Notes: generated by a model not told the origin, from the sequence alone. DNA of 64,000 nt from Chiloscyllium plagiosum (GCF_004010195.1 NC_057755.1:11010161-11074160); one strand, 5' to 3'; numbered from the stretch's first letter, positions 50,545 through 63,445 are shown. Program-made: numbers and translations.

Positions 50545-53500
50545 CCTGCCCTGGGAGAGTTTAATAGGAACAGTGCAGAGGGAGATACACTCTGTATCTA
50601 ACCCCATGCTGTCCCTGTCCTGGGAGCATTTAATAGCAACAGTGCAGAGGGAGATTTACTCTGTATCTAACCCCGTGCTGTTTCTGTCCTGGGAGGGTTT
50701 AATAGCAACAGTGCAGAGGGAGATTTAGTCTGTATCGAAACCTGCGCTGTCCCTGTCCTGCGACTGTTTAAGAGGAACAGTGCAGAGGGAGATTTCCTCT
50801 GTATCTAACCCCGTGCTGTCCCTGTCCTGGGAGTGTTTAATAGGAACAGTGCAGAGGGAGATTTACTCTGTACCTAACCCCGCGCTGCCCCTCTCCTGGG
50901 AGTGTTTATTAGGAACAGTGCAGAGGGAGCTTTACTCTGTACCTACCCCGTGCTGTCCCTGTCCTGGGAGTGTTTAATATGAACAGTGCAGAGGGAGATT
51001 TACTCTGAACCTAACCCCGTGCTGTCCCTGCCCTGGGAGTGTTTAATAGGAACAGTGCAGAGGGACATTTACTCTGTATCTAACCCTGTGCTGTTCCTGT
51101 CCTGGGAGTGTTTAACAGGAACAGTGCAGAGGGAGATTTACTCTATATCTAACCCCGTGCTGTTTCTGTCCTGGGAGGGTTTAATAGCAATAGTGCAGAG
51201 GGAGATTTATTCTGTATCTAATCCCGTGCTGTTTCTGTCCTGGGAGTGTTTAACAGGAACAGTGTAGAGGGTGATTTACTCTGTGTCTAACCACGTGCAG
51301 TCCCTGTCCTGGGAGTGTTTAATAGGAACAGTGCAGAGGGAGATTTGCTCAGTATCTGACCGCATGCTGTCCCCCTGTCCTGGGAGTGTTTAATACGAAC
51401 AGTGCCGAGGGAGATTACTCTATATCTCACCCCTGGCTGTCCCTGACCTGGGAGTGTTTAATAGGAACAGTGCAGAGGGAGATTTACTCTGTACCTAACC
51501 CCGTGCTGTCCTGTACTGGGAGTGTTTAATAGGAACAGTGCAGAGGGAGATTTACTCTGTACCTAACCCCGTGCTGTCCTGTCCTGGGAGTGTTTAATAG
51601 GAACAGTGCAGAGGGAGATTTGCTCAGTATCTGACCCCATGCTGTCCCTGTCCTGGGAGTGATTAAAAGGAACAGTGCAGAGGGACATTTACTCTGTATC
51701 TAACCCCGCGCTGTCCCTGACCTGGGAGTATTTAATAGGAACAGTGCAGAGGGAGATTTACTCTGTATGTAACCCCGTGCTGTTTCTGTCCTGGGAGTGT
51801 TTAATAGGAACAGTGCAGAGGGAGATTTACTCTGTATCTAACCCCGTGCTGTTTCTGTCCTGGGAGAGTTTAATAGGAACAGTGCAGAGGGAGATTTACT
51901 CTGTACCTAACCCCGTGCTATCCCTGTACTGGGAGTGTTTAATAAGAACGGTGCGGAGGGAGATTTACTCTGTATCTAACCCCATGCTGTCCCTGTCCTG
52001 CGACTGTTTAATAGGAACAGTGCAGAGGGAGATTTACTCTGTATCTAACCCCATGCTGTCCCTGTCCTGGGAGCATTTAATAGCAACAGTGAAGAGGGAG
52101 ATTTACTCTGTATCTAACCCTGTGCTGTTCCTGTCCTGGGAGTGTTTAACAGGAACCGCGCAGAGGGAGATTTGCTCAGTATCTGACCCCATGCTGTTCC
52201 TGCCCTGGGAGTGTTTAATAGGAACAGTGCAGAGGGAGATTTACTCTGTATCTAACCCCGTGCTGTCCCTGTCCTGGGTGTGTTTAACAGGAACAGTGCA
52301 GAAGGAGATTTACTCTGTGTCTAACCCCGTGCTNNNNNNNNNNNNNNNNNNNNNNNNNNNNNNNNNNNNNNNNNNNNNNNNNNNNNNNNNNNNNNNNNNN
52401 NNNNNNNNNNNNNNNNNNNNNNNNNNNNNNNNNNNNNNNNNNNNNNNNNNNNNNNNNNNNNNNNNNNNNNNNNNNNNNNNNNNNNNNNNNNNNNNNNNNN
52501 NNNNNNNNNNNNNNNNNNNNNNNNNNNNNNNNNNNNNNNNNNNNCCTGGGAGTGTTTAATAGGAACAGTGCAGAGGGAGGTTTACTCTGGATCTAACCCC
52601 GTGCTGTCCCTGTCCTGGGTGTGTTTAACAGGAACAGTGCAGAAGGAGATTTACTCTGTGTCTAACCCCGTGCTGTCCCTGTCCTGGGAGTGTTTAATCG
52701 GAACAGTGCAGAGGGAGATTTGCTCAGTATTAGACCGCGTGCTGTCCCTGTCCTGGGAGTGTTTAATACGAACAGTGCCGAGGGAGATTTACTCTGTATC
52801 TAACCCCGTGCTGTCCCTGTCCTGGGAGTGTTTTATAGGAACAGTGCAGAGGGAGATTTACTCTGTATCTAACCCCGTGATGTCCCTGTCCTGGGAGTGT
52901 TTTATAGGAACAGTGCAGTGGGAGATTTTCTCAGTATCTGACCGCGTGCTGTCCTTGTCCTGGGAGTGTTTAATAGGAACAGTGCAGAGGGAGATTTACT
53001 CTGTACCTAACCCCACGCTGTCCCTCTCCTGGGAATGTTTAATAGGAACAGTGCAGAGGGAGTTTTACTCTGCATCTAACCCCGTGCTGTCCCTGTGCTG
53101 GGAGTGTTTAACAGGAACAGTGTGGCGGGAGATTTACTCTGTACCTGACCCCACGCTGTCCCTGTCCTGGGAGAGTTTAATAGGAACTTGCAGGGGAAGA
53201 TTTACTCTGTACCTAACCCCGTGCTGTCCCTATCCTGGGAGAGTTTAATAGGAACAGTGCAGAGGGAGATTCACTCTGTACCTAATCCCGTTCTGTCGCT
53301 GTCCTGGGAGTGTTTCATTGGAACAGTGCAGAGCGAGATTTACTCTGTATCTAACCCCGTGCTGTCCCTGTCCTGGGAGTGTTTCATTGGAACAGTGCAG
53401 AGGGAGATTTACTCTGAACACTAACCCGGTGCTGTTCCTGTCCTGGGAGTGTTTAATAGGAACAGTGCAGAGGGAGATTTACTCTGTATCTAACCCCACA

Positions 53501-54490
53501 CTGTACCTTTCCTGGGAGTGTTTAATAGGAACAGTGCAGAGGGAGATTTACTCTGTATCTAACCCTGTGCTGTCCCCGTCCTGGGAGCGTTTAACAGGAA
53601 CAGTGCAGAGGGAGATGTACTCTGTACCTAACCCCGTGCTATCCCTGTCCTGGGAATGTTTAACAGGAACAGTGCAGAGGGAGATTTACTCTGTATCTAA
53701 CCCCGCGCTGTCCCTGTCCTGGGAGTGTTTGATAGGAACAGTGCAGAGGGAGATAAACACTGTATCTAACCCTGCAGTTTCCAAGTGCTCGGAGTGTTTA
53801 ATAGGAACAGTGCAGAGGGAGATTTACTCTGTATCTAACCCTGCCCCACGCTGTCCCTGTCCTGGGAGTGTTTAATAGGAACAGTGCAGAGGGAGATTTA
53901 CTCTGTACCTAACCCTGTGCTATCCCTGTCCTGGGAGTGTTTTATATGAACAGTGCCGAGGGAGATTACTCTATATCTAACCCCGCGCTGTCCCTGACCT
54001 GGGAGTGTTTAATAGGAACAGTGCAGAGGGAGATTTACTCTGTACCTAACCCTGTGCTATCCCTGTCCTGGGAGTGTTTTATATGAACAGTGCCGAGGGA
54101 GATTACTCTATATCTAACCCTGCGCTGTCCCTGACCTGGGAGTGTTTAATAGGAACAGTGCAGAGGGAGATTTACTCTGTATCTGACCCCGTGCTGTCCC
54201 TGTCCTGGGAGTGTTTAATAGGAACTTGCAGAGGGAAATTTACTCTTTATCGAACCCCGTACTGTCCCTGCCCTGGGAGTGTTTAATAGGAAAAGTGCAG
54301 AGGGAGACTTAGTCTGTATCTAACCCCGTGCTGTCGCTGTCCTGCGAGTGTTTTATAGGAACAGTGCAGAGGGAGATTTACTCTGTACCTAGCTCCACGC
54401 TCTCCCTGTCCTGGGAGTGTTTAATGGGAATAGTGCAGAGGGAGATTTACTCTGTATCTAACACCGTGCTGTCCCTGCCCTGGGAGTGTC
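50545..54490. repeat. 69-bp satellite in the DTX4-like intron
   Basis: Unit GGGAGTGTTTAATAGGAACAGTGCAGAGGGAGATTTACTCTGTATCTAACCCCGTGCTGTCCCTGTCCT, more than 50 copies, spans a gap. Confidence 0.95.
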
Positions 54491-55606
54491 AACAGGGATA
54501 CACAGAGACACACACACACACACGCAGGGTCAACAGGGACACACACACATACACAGGGTGAGCAGGGACGCACACAGAGACACACTCACATACACAGGTT
54601 CAACACGGACACACAGAGAGACACACACACACAGTGTCAACAGGGACACACACAGACACACGCACAGGGTTAACAGTAACGCACAGAGACACACGCATAT
54701 ACAGGGTCAACAGGGACGCACAGAGACACACGCATATACAGGGTCAACAGGGACGCACAGAGACACACACACACAGACAGGGTCAACAGGGACACACAGG
54801 ATTAAATGGGACACACAGAGACACACACACACACAAACACGGTCACCATGACACATGGAGACACGCACACACACACACACACACTCACAGGTCAACAGGG
54901 ACACACAGAGAGACACACACACACAGTGTCAACAGGGACACACACAGACACACACACAGGGTTAACAGTAACGCACAGAGACACACGCATATACAGGGTC
55001 AACAGGGACGCACAGAGACACACGCATATACAGGGTCAACAGGGACGCACAGAGACACACACACACAGACAGGGTCAACAGGGACACACAGGATTAAATG
55101 GGACACACAAGACAGGAGTGTTCCCTCCCAGATGGGGAACACTTCAGTGGTCCAGGACATTCGACCTCGGACCTTCGGGTGACCATCCTCCAAGGCGGAC
55201 TTTGGTACAGGCAGCAGTGAAAAGTGGCTGAACTGAGGCTGATAGCTAAGTTCGGTACCCATAGGGAGGGCCTCAACCGGGACCTTGGGTTCATGTCACA
55301 TTACAGGTGACCACCATACACACGCACACACACACACAGGCACACACAGGGTCAACAGGGACACACACACACAGGGTCAACAGGGACACACACACACAGG
55401 GTCATATACGCACACATACACACACAGGGTCAACAGGGACACACAAATTCTGGATTAGTGGTGCTGGAAGAGCACAGCAGTTCAGGCAGCATCCAAGGAG
55501 CTTCGGGACACACAGAGACACACAAACATACACAGAGGGAGAGAGACACACACACACACACAGACTCTCTCTCTCTTTCTATCTCTCTCTCTCTCTCTCT
55601 CTCTCT
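54490..55606. repeat. CA-rich minisatellite (ACAGGGTCAACAGGGACAC...) ending in (CT)n
   Basis: Visible directly; includes a ~290-bp internal duplication (~54600-54815 vs ~54890-55105). Confidence 0.85.
55112..55310 (+). mobile_element. Penelope-like endonuclease C-terminal fragment
   Basis: GEHFSGPGHSTSDLRVTILQGGL...RLIAKFGTHREGLNRDLGFMSHYR* (EHF...H and GLN motifs of PLE GIY-YIG). Confidence 0.7.
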
Positions 55607-55644
55607 GTTGGGTGAATGATCTGTTTCTGTCTGGCCCTGGGTAG

Positions 55645-55857
55645 GTGCTGAGGTTACTGCTGGTGGCCTGGGACCGAAGGTTAATCTTCGCCATTGGGAC
55701 ATCCAGCACGACGGGAGAGACAGACACGGTTGTCTGGAACGAGATCCATCACAAGACGGAGTTTGGCTCGAATCTGACTGGACACGGCTACCCAGACTGT
55801 AACTACCTGGAGAACGTCTGGGCAGAACTGAGGGCCCAGGGGATCAGCGACGATTAG
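55645..55857 (+). CDS. DTX4: Deltex E3 ubiquitin ligase (DTX4-like), last coding exon
   Basis: [94 protein letters not shown] favours DTX4 over DTX1; in frame with 50379-50468. Confidence 0.92.
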   Translation: MLRLLLVAWDRRLIFAIGTSSTTGETDTVVWNEIHHKTEFGSNLTGHGYPDCNYLENVWAELRAQGISDD

Positions 55858-56324
55858 GGCTGTGTTAGGGGAGGGGGCAGAGAGCGACCGAGGGAGGGAC
55901 ATGCTGCGAGTGAGCTGGTGTCAGAGAATAGAGGGAATTGTGAGAGTGTGGGGCACAGAAGGAGAGAGAGAGAGAGTGTGTTGTGGCGGAGAGAGAGAGA
56001 GAGACAGAGCACCTTAGGAAGGAGTGGACACGGTGAGGGAGGGACTGACCAACTGAATCCTGACCCCTCTCTCTCTCTTTCTCTACATTAACCCCGAACA
56101 TCCCACAGCCAGGCAACTCCTGTGTTCAGCCAGCGCAGTCTGGGAGATCTGGTTTGACTGAAGAGTGTCATAGCATGAGAGGGTCCCTCCAGGACTTTGA
56201 TTCCTGAGACGTTAAACTGATAGCACGCAGGTAAACTTTGTAAAACAGAGCTCACGGATTTTAGTTTCGGAAGAAAGGTGAAGGATTTCACTTGATCAAT
56301 GAGATGTAGATTACAAATTGTGAA

Positions 56325-57430
56325 AGCTGATTTCCTCTGCCCATCCCCTCTCTCTAACCCAGGGATCACTGGGCAGGAATCAGGAGCAGGAACCCTGGCT
56401 GATTTCCCCTCTCTCTAACCCAGGGGATCACTGGGCAGGGATCAGGAGCAGGAACCCTGGCTGATTTCTCCTCTCTCTCTCTCTCTCTAACCCAGGGGAT
56501 CACTGGGCAGTGATAAGGAGCAGGATCCCTGGCTGATTTCCCCTCTCTCTCTATCTAACCCAGGGGATCACTGGGGAGTGATCAGGAGCAGGATCCCTGG
56601 CTGATTTCCCCTCTCTCTCTCTCTCTAACCCAGGGGATCACTGGGCTGTGATAAGGAGCAGGATCCCTGGCTGATTTCTCCTCTGTCTCTCTCACCCAAC
56701 TTCGTCTGAAAGCAAAACTAAAAACCCTGGGTCAATTGGGGCGTGACCCCCCCCCCCCCTGCAGTGATCAGGAGCAGGAACCCTGGCTGATTTCCCCTCT
56801 GTCTCTCTCTCTAACCCAGGAATCACTGGGCACTGATCAGGAGCAGGAACCCTGGCTGATTTCTCCTCCCTCTAACCCAGGGATCACTGGGCAGTGATCA
56901 GGAGCAGGGACCCTGGCTGATTTCCCCTCTGTCTCTCTCTCTAACCCAGGGATCACTGGGCAGGGATCAGGAGCAGGAACCCTGGCTGATTTCCCCTCTG
57001 TCTCTCTCTCTAACCCAGGGATCACTGGGCAGTGATCAGGAGCAGGAACCCTGGCTGATTTCTCCTTTCTCTCTCTCTCTCTCTCTCTCTAACCCAGGGA
57101 TCACTGGGCAGTGATAAGGAGCAGGATCCCTGGCTGATTTCTCCTCTGTCTCTCTCTCTCTAACCCAGGAGATCACTGGGCAGTGATCAGGAGCAGGAAC
57201 CCTGGCTGATTTCCCCTCTCTCTAACCGAGGGATCACTGGGCAGTGATCAGGAGCAGGAACCCTGGCTGATTTCTCCTTTCTCTCTCTCTCTCTCTCTCT
57301 AAGCCAGGGATCACTGGGCAGTGATAAGGAGCAGGATCCCTGGCTGATTTCTCCTCTGTCTCTCTCACCCAACTTCGTCTGAAAGTAAAACTAAAAACCC
57401 TGGGTCAGTTGGGGCGTGACCCCGCCCCTC
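56325..57430. repeat. Variable ~55-70-bp minisatellite with internal inverted repeats
   Basis: Unit CTAACCCAGGGATCACTGGGCAGTGATCAGGAGCAGGAACCCTGGCTGATTTC(CT)n, about 15 copies. Confidence 0.9.
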
Positions 57431-58585
57431 ACTGATCCCTCCTTGTCCCTAAATAGAAACGCTCTGGAAGTTCAATGCTGTTTGCCCACTGCCTCTGGAG
57501 CAGGAGTTACAGGCCAAAGTGTGGCATCATCTCTCTGAAAGAGGAGCAGCACAGAACAAATCCCTCTTCAAGGCACAGTATGGATTCCAACCATTCCCCG
57601 CTGTTCCAGTGAAGAGATTTTTCCTCTTCTCTGTCCTTGCTCCTGGTCATTTCTGCTCCCTCACCCCCACCACCCCTCCTCCCCTCTTCCCTCCTCCCCA
57701 TAACGGAGACGGGGACATGTGGGGAATTTGCTTCCCAATGTCCCGTCGTCCACTCAGCTCGGAATGAGATCTTCCGTTCCACTCTCGGCCATGGGAACCT
57801 TGGCCAATTTACCTCCACCCAGCCTCCTTCCAGGACCCTTCCCCTCTCTGCTATCCCAGTTTTCCATCTCTCTCCAGTCCCTCGAGCCAGTCACCACTTC
57901 CCACAGCTCCCCCGTCCATTCAGGAACGCGGCGGCTATTAAACGCTGCGGACGGGCTAAAAGGGAGCCGAGTGATCACAGCAAGATGTCTCCGCTGGGGA
58001 CTGGAGACCCTGGGAAGGTCAGTGAGGGGGGAACAGACTGTGAGAGGGAGGCGGAGGAGGGAGTTAGGGGGAGGAATTCCGAGGGGACGGAGCAGGGAGT
58101 GGAGTGGTTGAGGCGGTGGAGGAAGTGAGAGTGAGCGATGGAGGGACGAGGAAGTGGGGGAGGGGTGGGGGAGAGCGAGGGATGAGGGTATGTAAGGGTT
58201 GAGGGGGCCAGGGAAAGGGAGTGAGATGGCGAGGGTGAGTTGAGGGAGCGAAGATATTGAGGGATGGAGAGAGTGAAGGTGGGGAGTGTGTGTGTGAGTT
58301 TGGTGGAGATGGGGAGAGTAGTGTTTGGGAAGGGTACTTCTGAGTGAAATGTGGGAAGGGTTGCTATGGGGTTAATGATATCGCTGTCGGGGAGAGTTTA
58401 GAAATAGTTTCATTTTAAGAAGATAAAAATGAGAGTAGGTTGAGAAGTTTTTAACGCGTGAATTGGAGACAGAGTAATTGGGATCAGACTGTGTACTCGA
58501 TCTGGCTTCAAGGCCCTGTGTTTGCCAGGGTGCCTGGGAGCAGGTGAACCTCCACACTGTGTTGTAAATAGACACTTGTACACCA

Positions 58586-58596
58586 AATAAAATAAA
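58586..58596 (+). terminator. Candidate polyadenylation signal of the DTX4-like gene
   Basis: Overlapping AATAAAATAAA preceded by TGTAAATA; the first clear AATAAA I saw after the stop codon. Confidence 0.4.
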
Positions 58597-58954
58597 ACCA
58601 CCTTTCAGACGCAGAGCGGATGGACCACTCATGTCTGGCTCTCACCTTCCCTCGCTTGGGAAATGTTTCAAAAATCCCTCAGGCCAAGGGTTTGCGCTCT
58701 CCAAATCGGGGCGCACAAGACCGAGCTCAATTTCTATGGCACCTGTCACAAGCTCAGGCCGTGGCACAGGGCTTGGCAAACATTGGGATCCTTTGTCTGA
58801 AGTCTCAGTGCCACATTAACCTGGCAACATTGCTCCAGGAGCAGACATACCCAACTAACCACCCCACCCCCTTTCCTCCCCAATGGGCTGCCTGATACCC
58901 CTCATTCCCCTAGTGTCACCTGACACAGACTCATAACAGGCACCTCAATCCCCT

Positions 58955-59655
58955 CACCCACTTAGCACACAGTCCTCTTAGCTATCTACCACCTTACCTA
59001 CATGGCACACTATCCCCTTACCTACCTGTCTACCACCTTACCTACATGGCACACTATCCCCTTACCTACCTGTCCACCACCTTACCCACTTGGCGCACTA
59101 TCCCCTTACCTACCTGTCCACCACCTTACCCACTTGGCGCACTATCCACTTACCTACCTATCTACTACCACCTTACCCACTTGGCACACTATTCCCTTAC
59201 CTACCTGTCTACCACCTTAACCACTTGGAACACTATCCCTTTACCTACCTGTCTACCACCTTACCCACCTAGAACACTATCCCCTTACCTACCAATCTAC
59301 CACCTTACCCACCTGGCATATTATCCTCTTTCCTACCTGTCCACCACTTTACCCACTTGGCACACTATCCCCTTACCTACCTGTCCACCACCTTACCCAC
59401 TTGGCACACTACCCCTTACCTACCTGTCCACTATCTTACCCACCTGGCACACTATACCCTTACCTACCTGTCCACCACCTTACCCACCTGGCACACTATC
59501 CCCTTACCTACCTGTCCACCACCTTACCTACATGGCACACTATCCCCGTACCTACCTATCTACTACCACTTTACCCATTTGGCACACTATCTCCTTACAT
59601 ACCTACTACCACCTTACCCATTTGGGCACACTATCCCCTTACCTGCCTGGCACAT
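58955..59655. repeat. 44-bp minisatellite (TGGCACACTATCCCCTTACCTACCTGTCCACCACCTTACCCACT)
   Basis: 44-bp period, about 15 copies. Confidence 0.92.
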
Positions 59656-59789
59656 CACTCCCTTCCCTCGCCACCTTCCAGTCTACCTCTGGAGTTTTGC
59701 AACAGTCAGCCGCTGTATGAGCCAAAGGGATGCAGGAACTTCAGGACTGATATCAGGAAGTTCTTAATGTCATCGAATCCCAACATTGC

Positions 59790-60090
59790 AGAAAGAGGCC
59801 ATTTGGTCCATCAAGTCTGCACTGACCCTCTGCAGAGCAGCCTACTCAGTCCCAGTCAGCCCACCCTATCCCTGCAACCCTGTGTTTCCCATGGCTAACC
59901 TCGCCTGCACATCCCCGGACACTATGGGACATTTTAGCACCACCAATCTACCTAAGCTGCATGTCTTTGGAGGAAACCGGAGCACCCGGAGGAAAGCCAC
60001 GCAGACACGGAGAGGATGTGCAAACTCCAGATAGACAGTCGCCTGAGGCTGGGATCGAACCTGGGCGAGAGTGAGGTGAGGCAGCTGCAC
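59790..60090 (-). mobile_element. Diverged HE1/V-SINE
   Basis: GGAAACCGGAGCACCCGGAGGAAA..CACGCAGACAC core shared with 22603-22916. Confidence 0.75.
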
Positions 60091-60256
60091 TCATGAAATG
60101 TCCTGGGAAAACTGCAGCTTGTCATCGGCAGATGAATTAAAATGATTCAAGAAGTCTTAACGCACCAAAAATGACAGATGGTTTATTTTCTATGAACTAC
60201 AACTAATAACATCTGTTTTTGTTAATAGGAGCTCATCTACCTATTATTGGGATTCA

Positions 60257-60369
60257 GAGTTTGGGAGAAGATTTGTAGCTCAGGTGCTCGTTGCTGTGGT
60301 TCTGTTCGCCGAGCTGGGAATTTGTGTATTCAGCACACAAATTCCCAGCTCGGCGAACAGAACCACAGC
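60257..60369. mobile_element. Short insertion with perfect 36-bp inverted repeat and 11-bp TSD (probably an inverted Penelope terminus)
   Basis: Arms 60292-60327 and 60335-60370; ATTGGGATTCA at 60246-60256 and 60370-60380. Confidence 0.7.
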
Positions 60370-61119
60370 ATTGGGATTCAAAACTGAGGATTTGAAGGAT
60401 TGAGAGCTGAGTTGATTTGGCCAGGGTAAAGAGGCATAATTCAATCCCCATTTTAGAATTATACACTGCCATCATTCAAGCATTCCATAAATGACATGGT
60501 CCACATTCAGAACGGAAATTGTTTAAGTCAGTTTTTCACGTTGCAATCTCACCCCCTGTCACCAAGAGCGGGGTATAATCTGGCTGTGACAATTTCCGTT
60601 ATAAATATTGAGTGTAGTAGTTAACACTGGAAAATGGTGAATGTTTTGGTATTTGAGGGGACACATCGCATCCCAGAAATGATGTGAATGAGGAGGTGAG
60701 AGATTGAGGACAACGAAACAATTAAACCTCGAGAAAGGGGGACTGAAGAAAGTAATTGGAATTCTAATTCCCCCAGGCCCCGAGATGGTGCCAGACCTGC
60801 TGAGTTCCTCCAGCAATTCCAGTATTTGTTTCCGAACTCCAGCCTCCGCAGTTCTCTGATTGATTTGCGAAGTAGATGGTGTCGGGTTTTAGCTTTTGTA
60901 GATTCTGGATACTTCCCACCCTTTGGAAAATAGCAAAACTCCTTCATTTAAGAAAGAAGGAGGCAGGAAGCAGGAGAAGATAGGCCAGTTAGCTGAAGAT
61001 GTGTCTTCGAAAAAAATGCCAGATTCTTTTATTAAGGAGGAGACAGCAGGGCAGTGAGAAAACGTTCATGTTATCAGGTGGTGTCTGATTTAGTCTCGAT
61101 GGTTTTGTGACCGATTGCT

Positions 61120-62168
61120 AAACTTAGTGATCTCGGACTAAGCTCCACTCTCAGCAGCTGGATCCTCAGTTTCCTGACCCACAGGCCACAATCAGTGAAG
61201 ATTGGGGACAATATTTCATCGACACTAACACTCAACACTGGAGCCCCCCCAAGGGGTGCGTACTCAGCCCCCCACTGTACTCACTGTATACCCATGACTG
61301 TGTCGCCAAACACCAGACCAATGCCATGTATAAGTTCTCTGATGACACCACCACAGTTGGTCGAATCTCAGATGGCGACGAAACAGACTACAGGCTGGAG
61401 GTGGAAGACCTGGAAAAATGGTGCACTCAGAACAACCCAGCAAAACCAAGGAACCCATTATTGACTTTCAGCGGGATGTTATTCATGCCCCCCCTACACA
61501 TTAACAGCACAGAGGTGGACCGAGTGGACAGTGTCAAGCTCCTGGGAGTGGTCATCCACAACGAGCTTTCTTGGACTCTTCATGTGGACATTCTGTTTAC
61601 AAAGGCCCAACAACGTCTCTTCTTCCTCAGGCAGCTGAGGGAATTTGGGCATGACGGCGAATGCCCTCGCCAACTTTTATAGGTGCACCATCGAGAGCAT
61701 TCTGTCTGGATGTATCACTACCTGGTATGGCAACTGTACCATTCAAGATCAGAGACAGTTACAGAGAGGGGTGAACTCGGCCCGGACAATCACAAAGGCC
61801 AACCTCCCCATCTATAGAATCCATCTCCCAGTCCTGCTGTCAAGGAAAGGCCGCCAGCATTCTCAAAGATCCATCCCACCCTGGCAATGTTTTTCTACAA
61901 CCTCTCCAATCGGGGAGAAGGTACAGAAGCCTGAACACACCCACCAGCCGGTTTCACAACAGTTTGTACCCCACTGTTGGTAGAATACTGAATGGACTCA
62001 CAAACTCTCAACATTCGCCTGGACCTGTGTTTCTGATTTTGCCGCTGTTTACCTATTATTTACTATCTACGCTACTTAACTCTGTGATCTGCCTGTATTG
62101 CTCGCAAGACAAAGCTTTTCACTGTGCGTCAGTACACGTGACAATAAATTCAATTCAATTCAATTCAA
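61120..62168 (+). mobile_element. Rex1/Babar-like LINE, 5'-truncated
   Basis: [53 protein letters not shown] + (TTCAA)n tail. Confidence 0.85.
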
Positions 62169-62344
62169 ATTTGATAAACATACTGAGATTTCTTTGTGAG
62201 GAATTAACACACAGTGTGGGTAATGGCATCTTATGGATGTGCTGTAATTGGATTTCTAGAAAGGATTTGACAAGGTGCCACACAAAAGGTACAGTTTGAA
62301 ATCAGCTGATGGTGCAGGGGTTAACGTAACGCAGAGGATATGGG

Positions 62345-62965
62345 CCTGTTTGATTTGATTTATTGCCACGTGTACCTAAGTGCAGTGAAAAGCTTTGATT
62401 GTGAGCAGTACAGGCAGGTCATAGTGAGCAAGGACATAGGGTGAGGCATAAACATAGACAGCGGTGTACTAAGCGAGATCACCATTAACCAGATTATGTT
62501 GGGGAGGGGCCGGTGTTGGATTGGGGTGGGCCTATGTTAAAAATCACACAACACCAGGATAGAATCCAAATAAACCTGTTGGACTATAACCTGGTGTTTT
62601 TAACATGAACAAGAGCAGCATTATTTGAAGTTAGAGAGTCCAAACATCAGGCTGATAACGGCTGCGGGGGGGGGGGGGGGATGCTGTTCCTGAACCTACT
62701 GGAACGTGTGTTCAAGCTTCTGTATCTCCTGTCTAACAGAACAATTGGAGGACAGCATGACCCGGCTGCGTTGGGTCTTTGATGATGCTGGCAGTGTCTC
62801 TGCGGCTGTGAGCCGTGTAAATGGAGTCCGTGGAAGGGAGGTTGGCTTCCAGGATGGTCTGGGCTGTGCACAAGACCATCTGTAGTTTCTTAGAGTCCTG
62901 GGCTGAGCCGTTGCCACACCAGGCGGGTGATGCACCTGGACAGTGTGGTTTCTGTGGTGCCTCTG
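62345..62965 (-). mobile_element. Decayed Rex1/Babar-like LINE 3' end
   Basis: RRYRSLNTRSSRFRNS motif; the tail AAAGCTTTTCACTGCACTTAGGTACACGTG matches the element ending at 62168. Confidence 0.6.
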
Positions 62966-63139
62966 TTGGGGTAAGGAGGAGCTGCAGTCGATGAGCGGTT
63001 AGTTTGTAGTGACCCCGCTTGAGTGTCCTTGCTGTCCAGGTAATTCAGGGATGAGGGCAGGGCTAGGGAACCCGTATCCGCTGTGGACCTGCTCTGTTGG
63101 TAGGCAAATTGTAGGGAATCGAGGCAGGCTGGGAGACTG

Positions 63140-63445
63140 GAGTTTAGAATTCCTACTGTGTGGAAATAGGCCCTTTGGCCCCACACCAAACCTCCCAAGT
63201 GTAACCCACCCAGACCTATTCCCCTACCCTGGGGTGACGGTGTGGAGTTTGCCCATTCTCCCCGAACCAGCGTGGGTTTCCTCTGGGTGCTCTCATTCTC
63301 TTCCACACTCCAAAGGTATGGAGGTTAGGCTGGCTAAGTCCTGGGGAAACGCAGGGTTACTGGGATAGGGTAGGAGGGGGTGGGATGCTCTTTGGAGGGT
63401 GAGTGTGAACTCAATGGGCCAAATGGCCTATGCTGTAGGGATCCA
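63140..63445. mobile_element. Rearranged HE1/V-SINE fragments
   Basis: GTGGAGTTTGCCCATTCTCCC...GGGTTTCCTCTGGGTGCTC (plus strand), preceded by an inverted 3' tail piece. Confidence 0.6.

Noticed and set aside
50435..54561. Long ORFs of repeated QREIYSVSNPVLSLSWECLIGTV
   Set aside because: Translation of a 69-bp satellite inside a Deltex intron; frequent frameshifts.
56325..57430. CRISPR-like appearance (palindromic repeats with spacers)
   Set aside because: Spacers are just (CT)n runs, no cas genes, vertebrate context.
57507..58128. Overlapping GC-rich ORFs of 100-160 aa
   Set aside because: Low-complexity C-rich then G-rich sequence with no recognisable domain; probably 3' UTR.
59002..59898. 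His/Thr/Pro/Tyr-rich ORFs (also 33493-33962, 54486-55615)
   Set aside because: Translations of 44-bp and CA/TG simple repeats.
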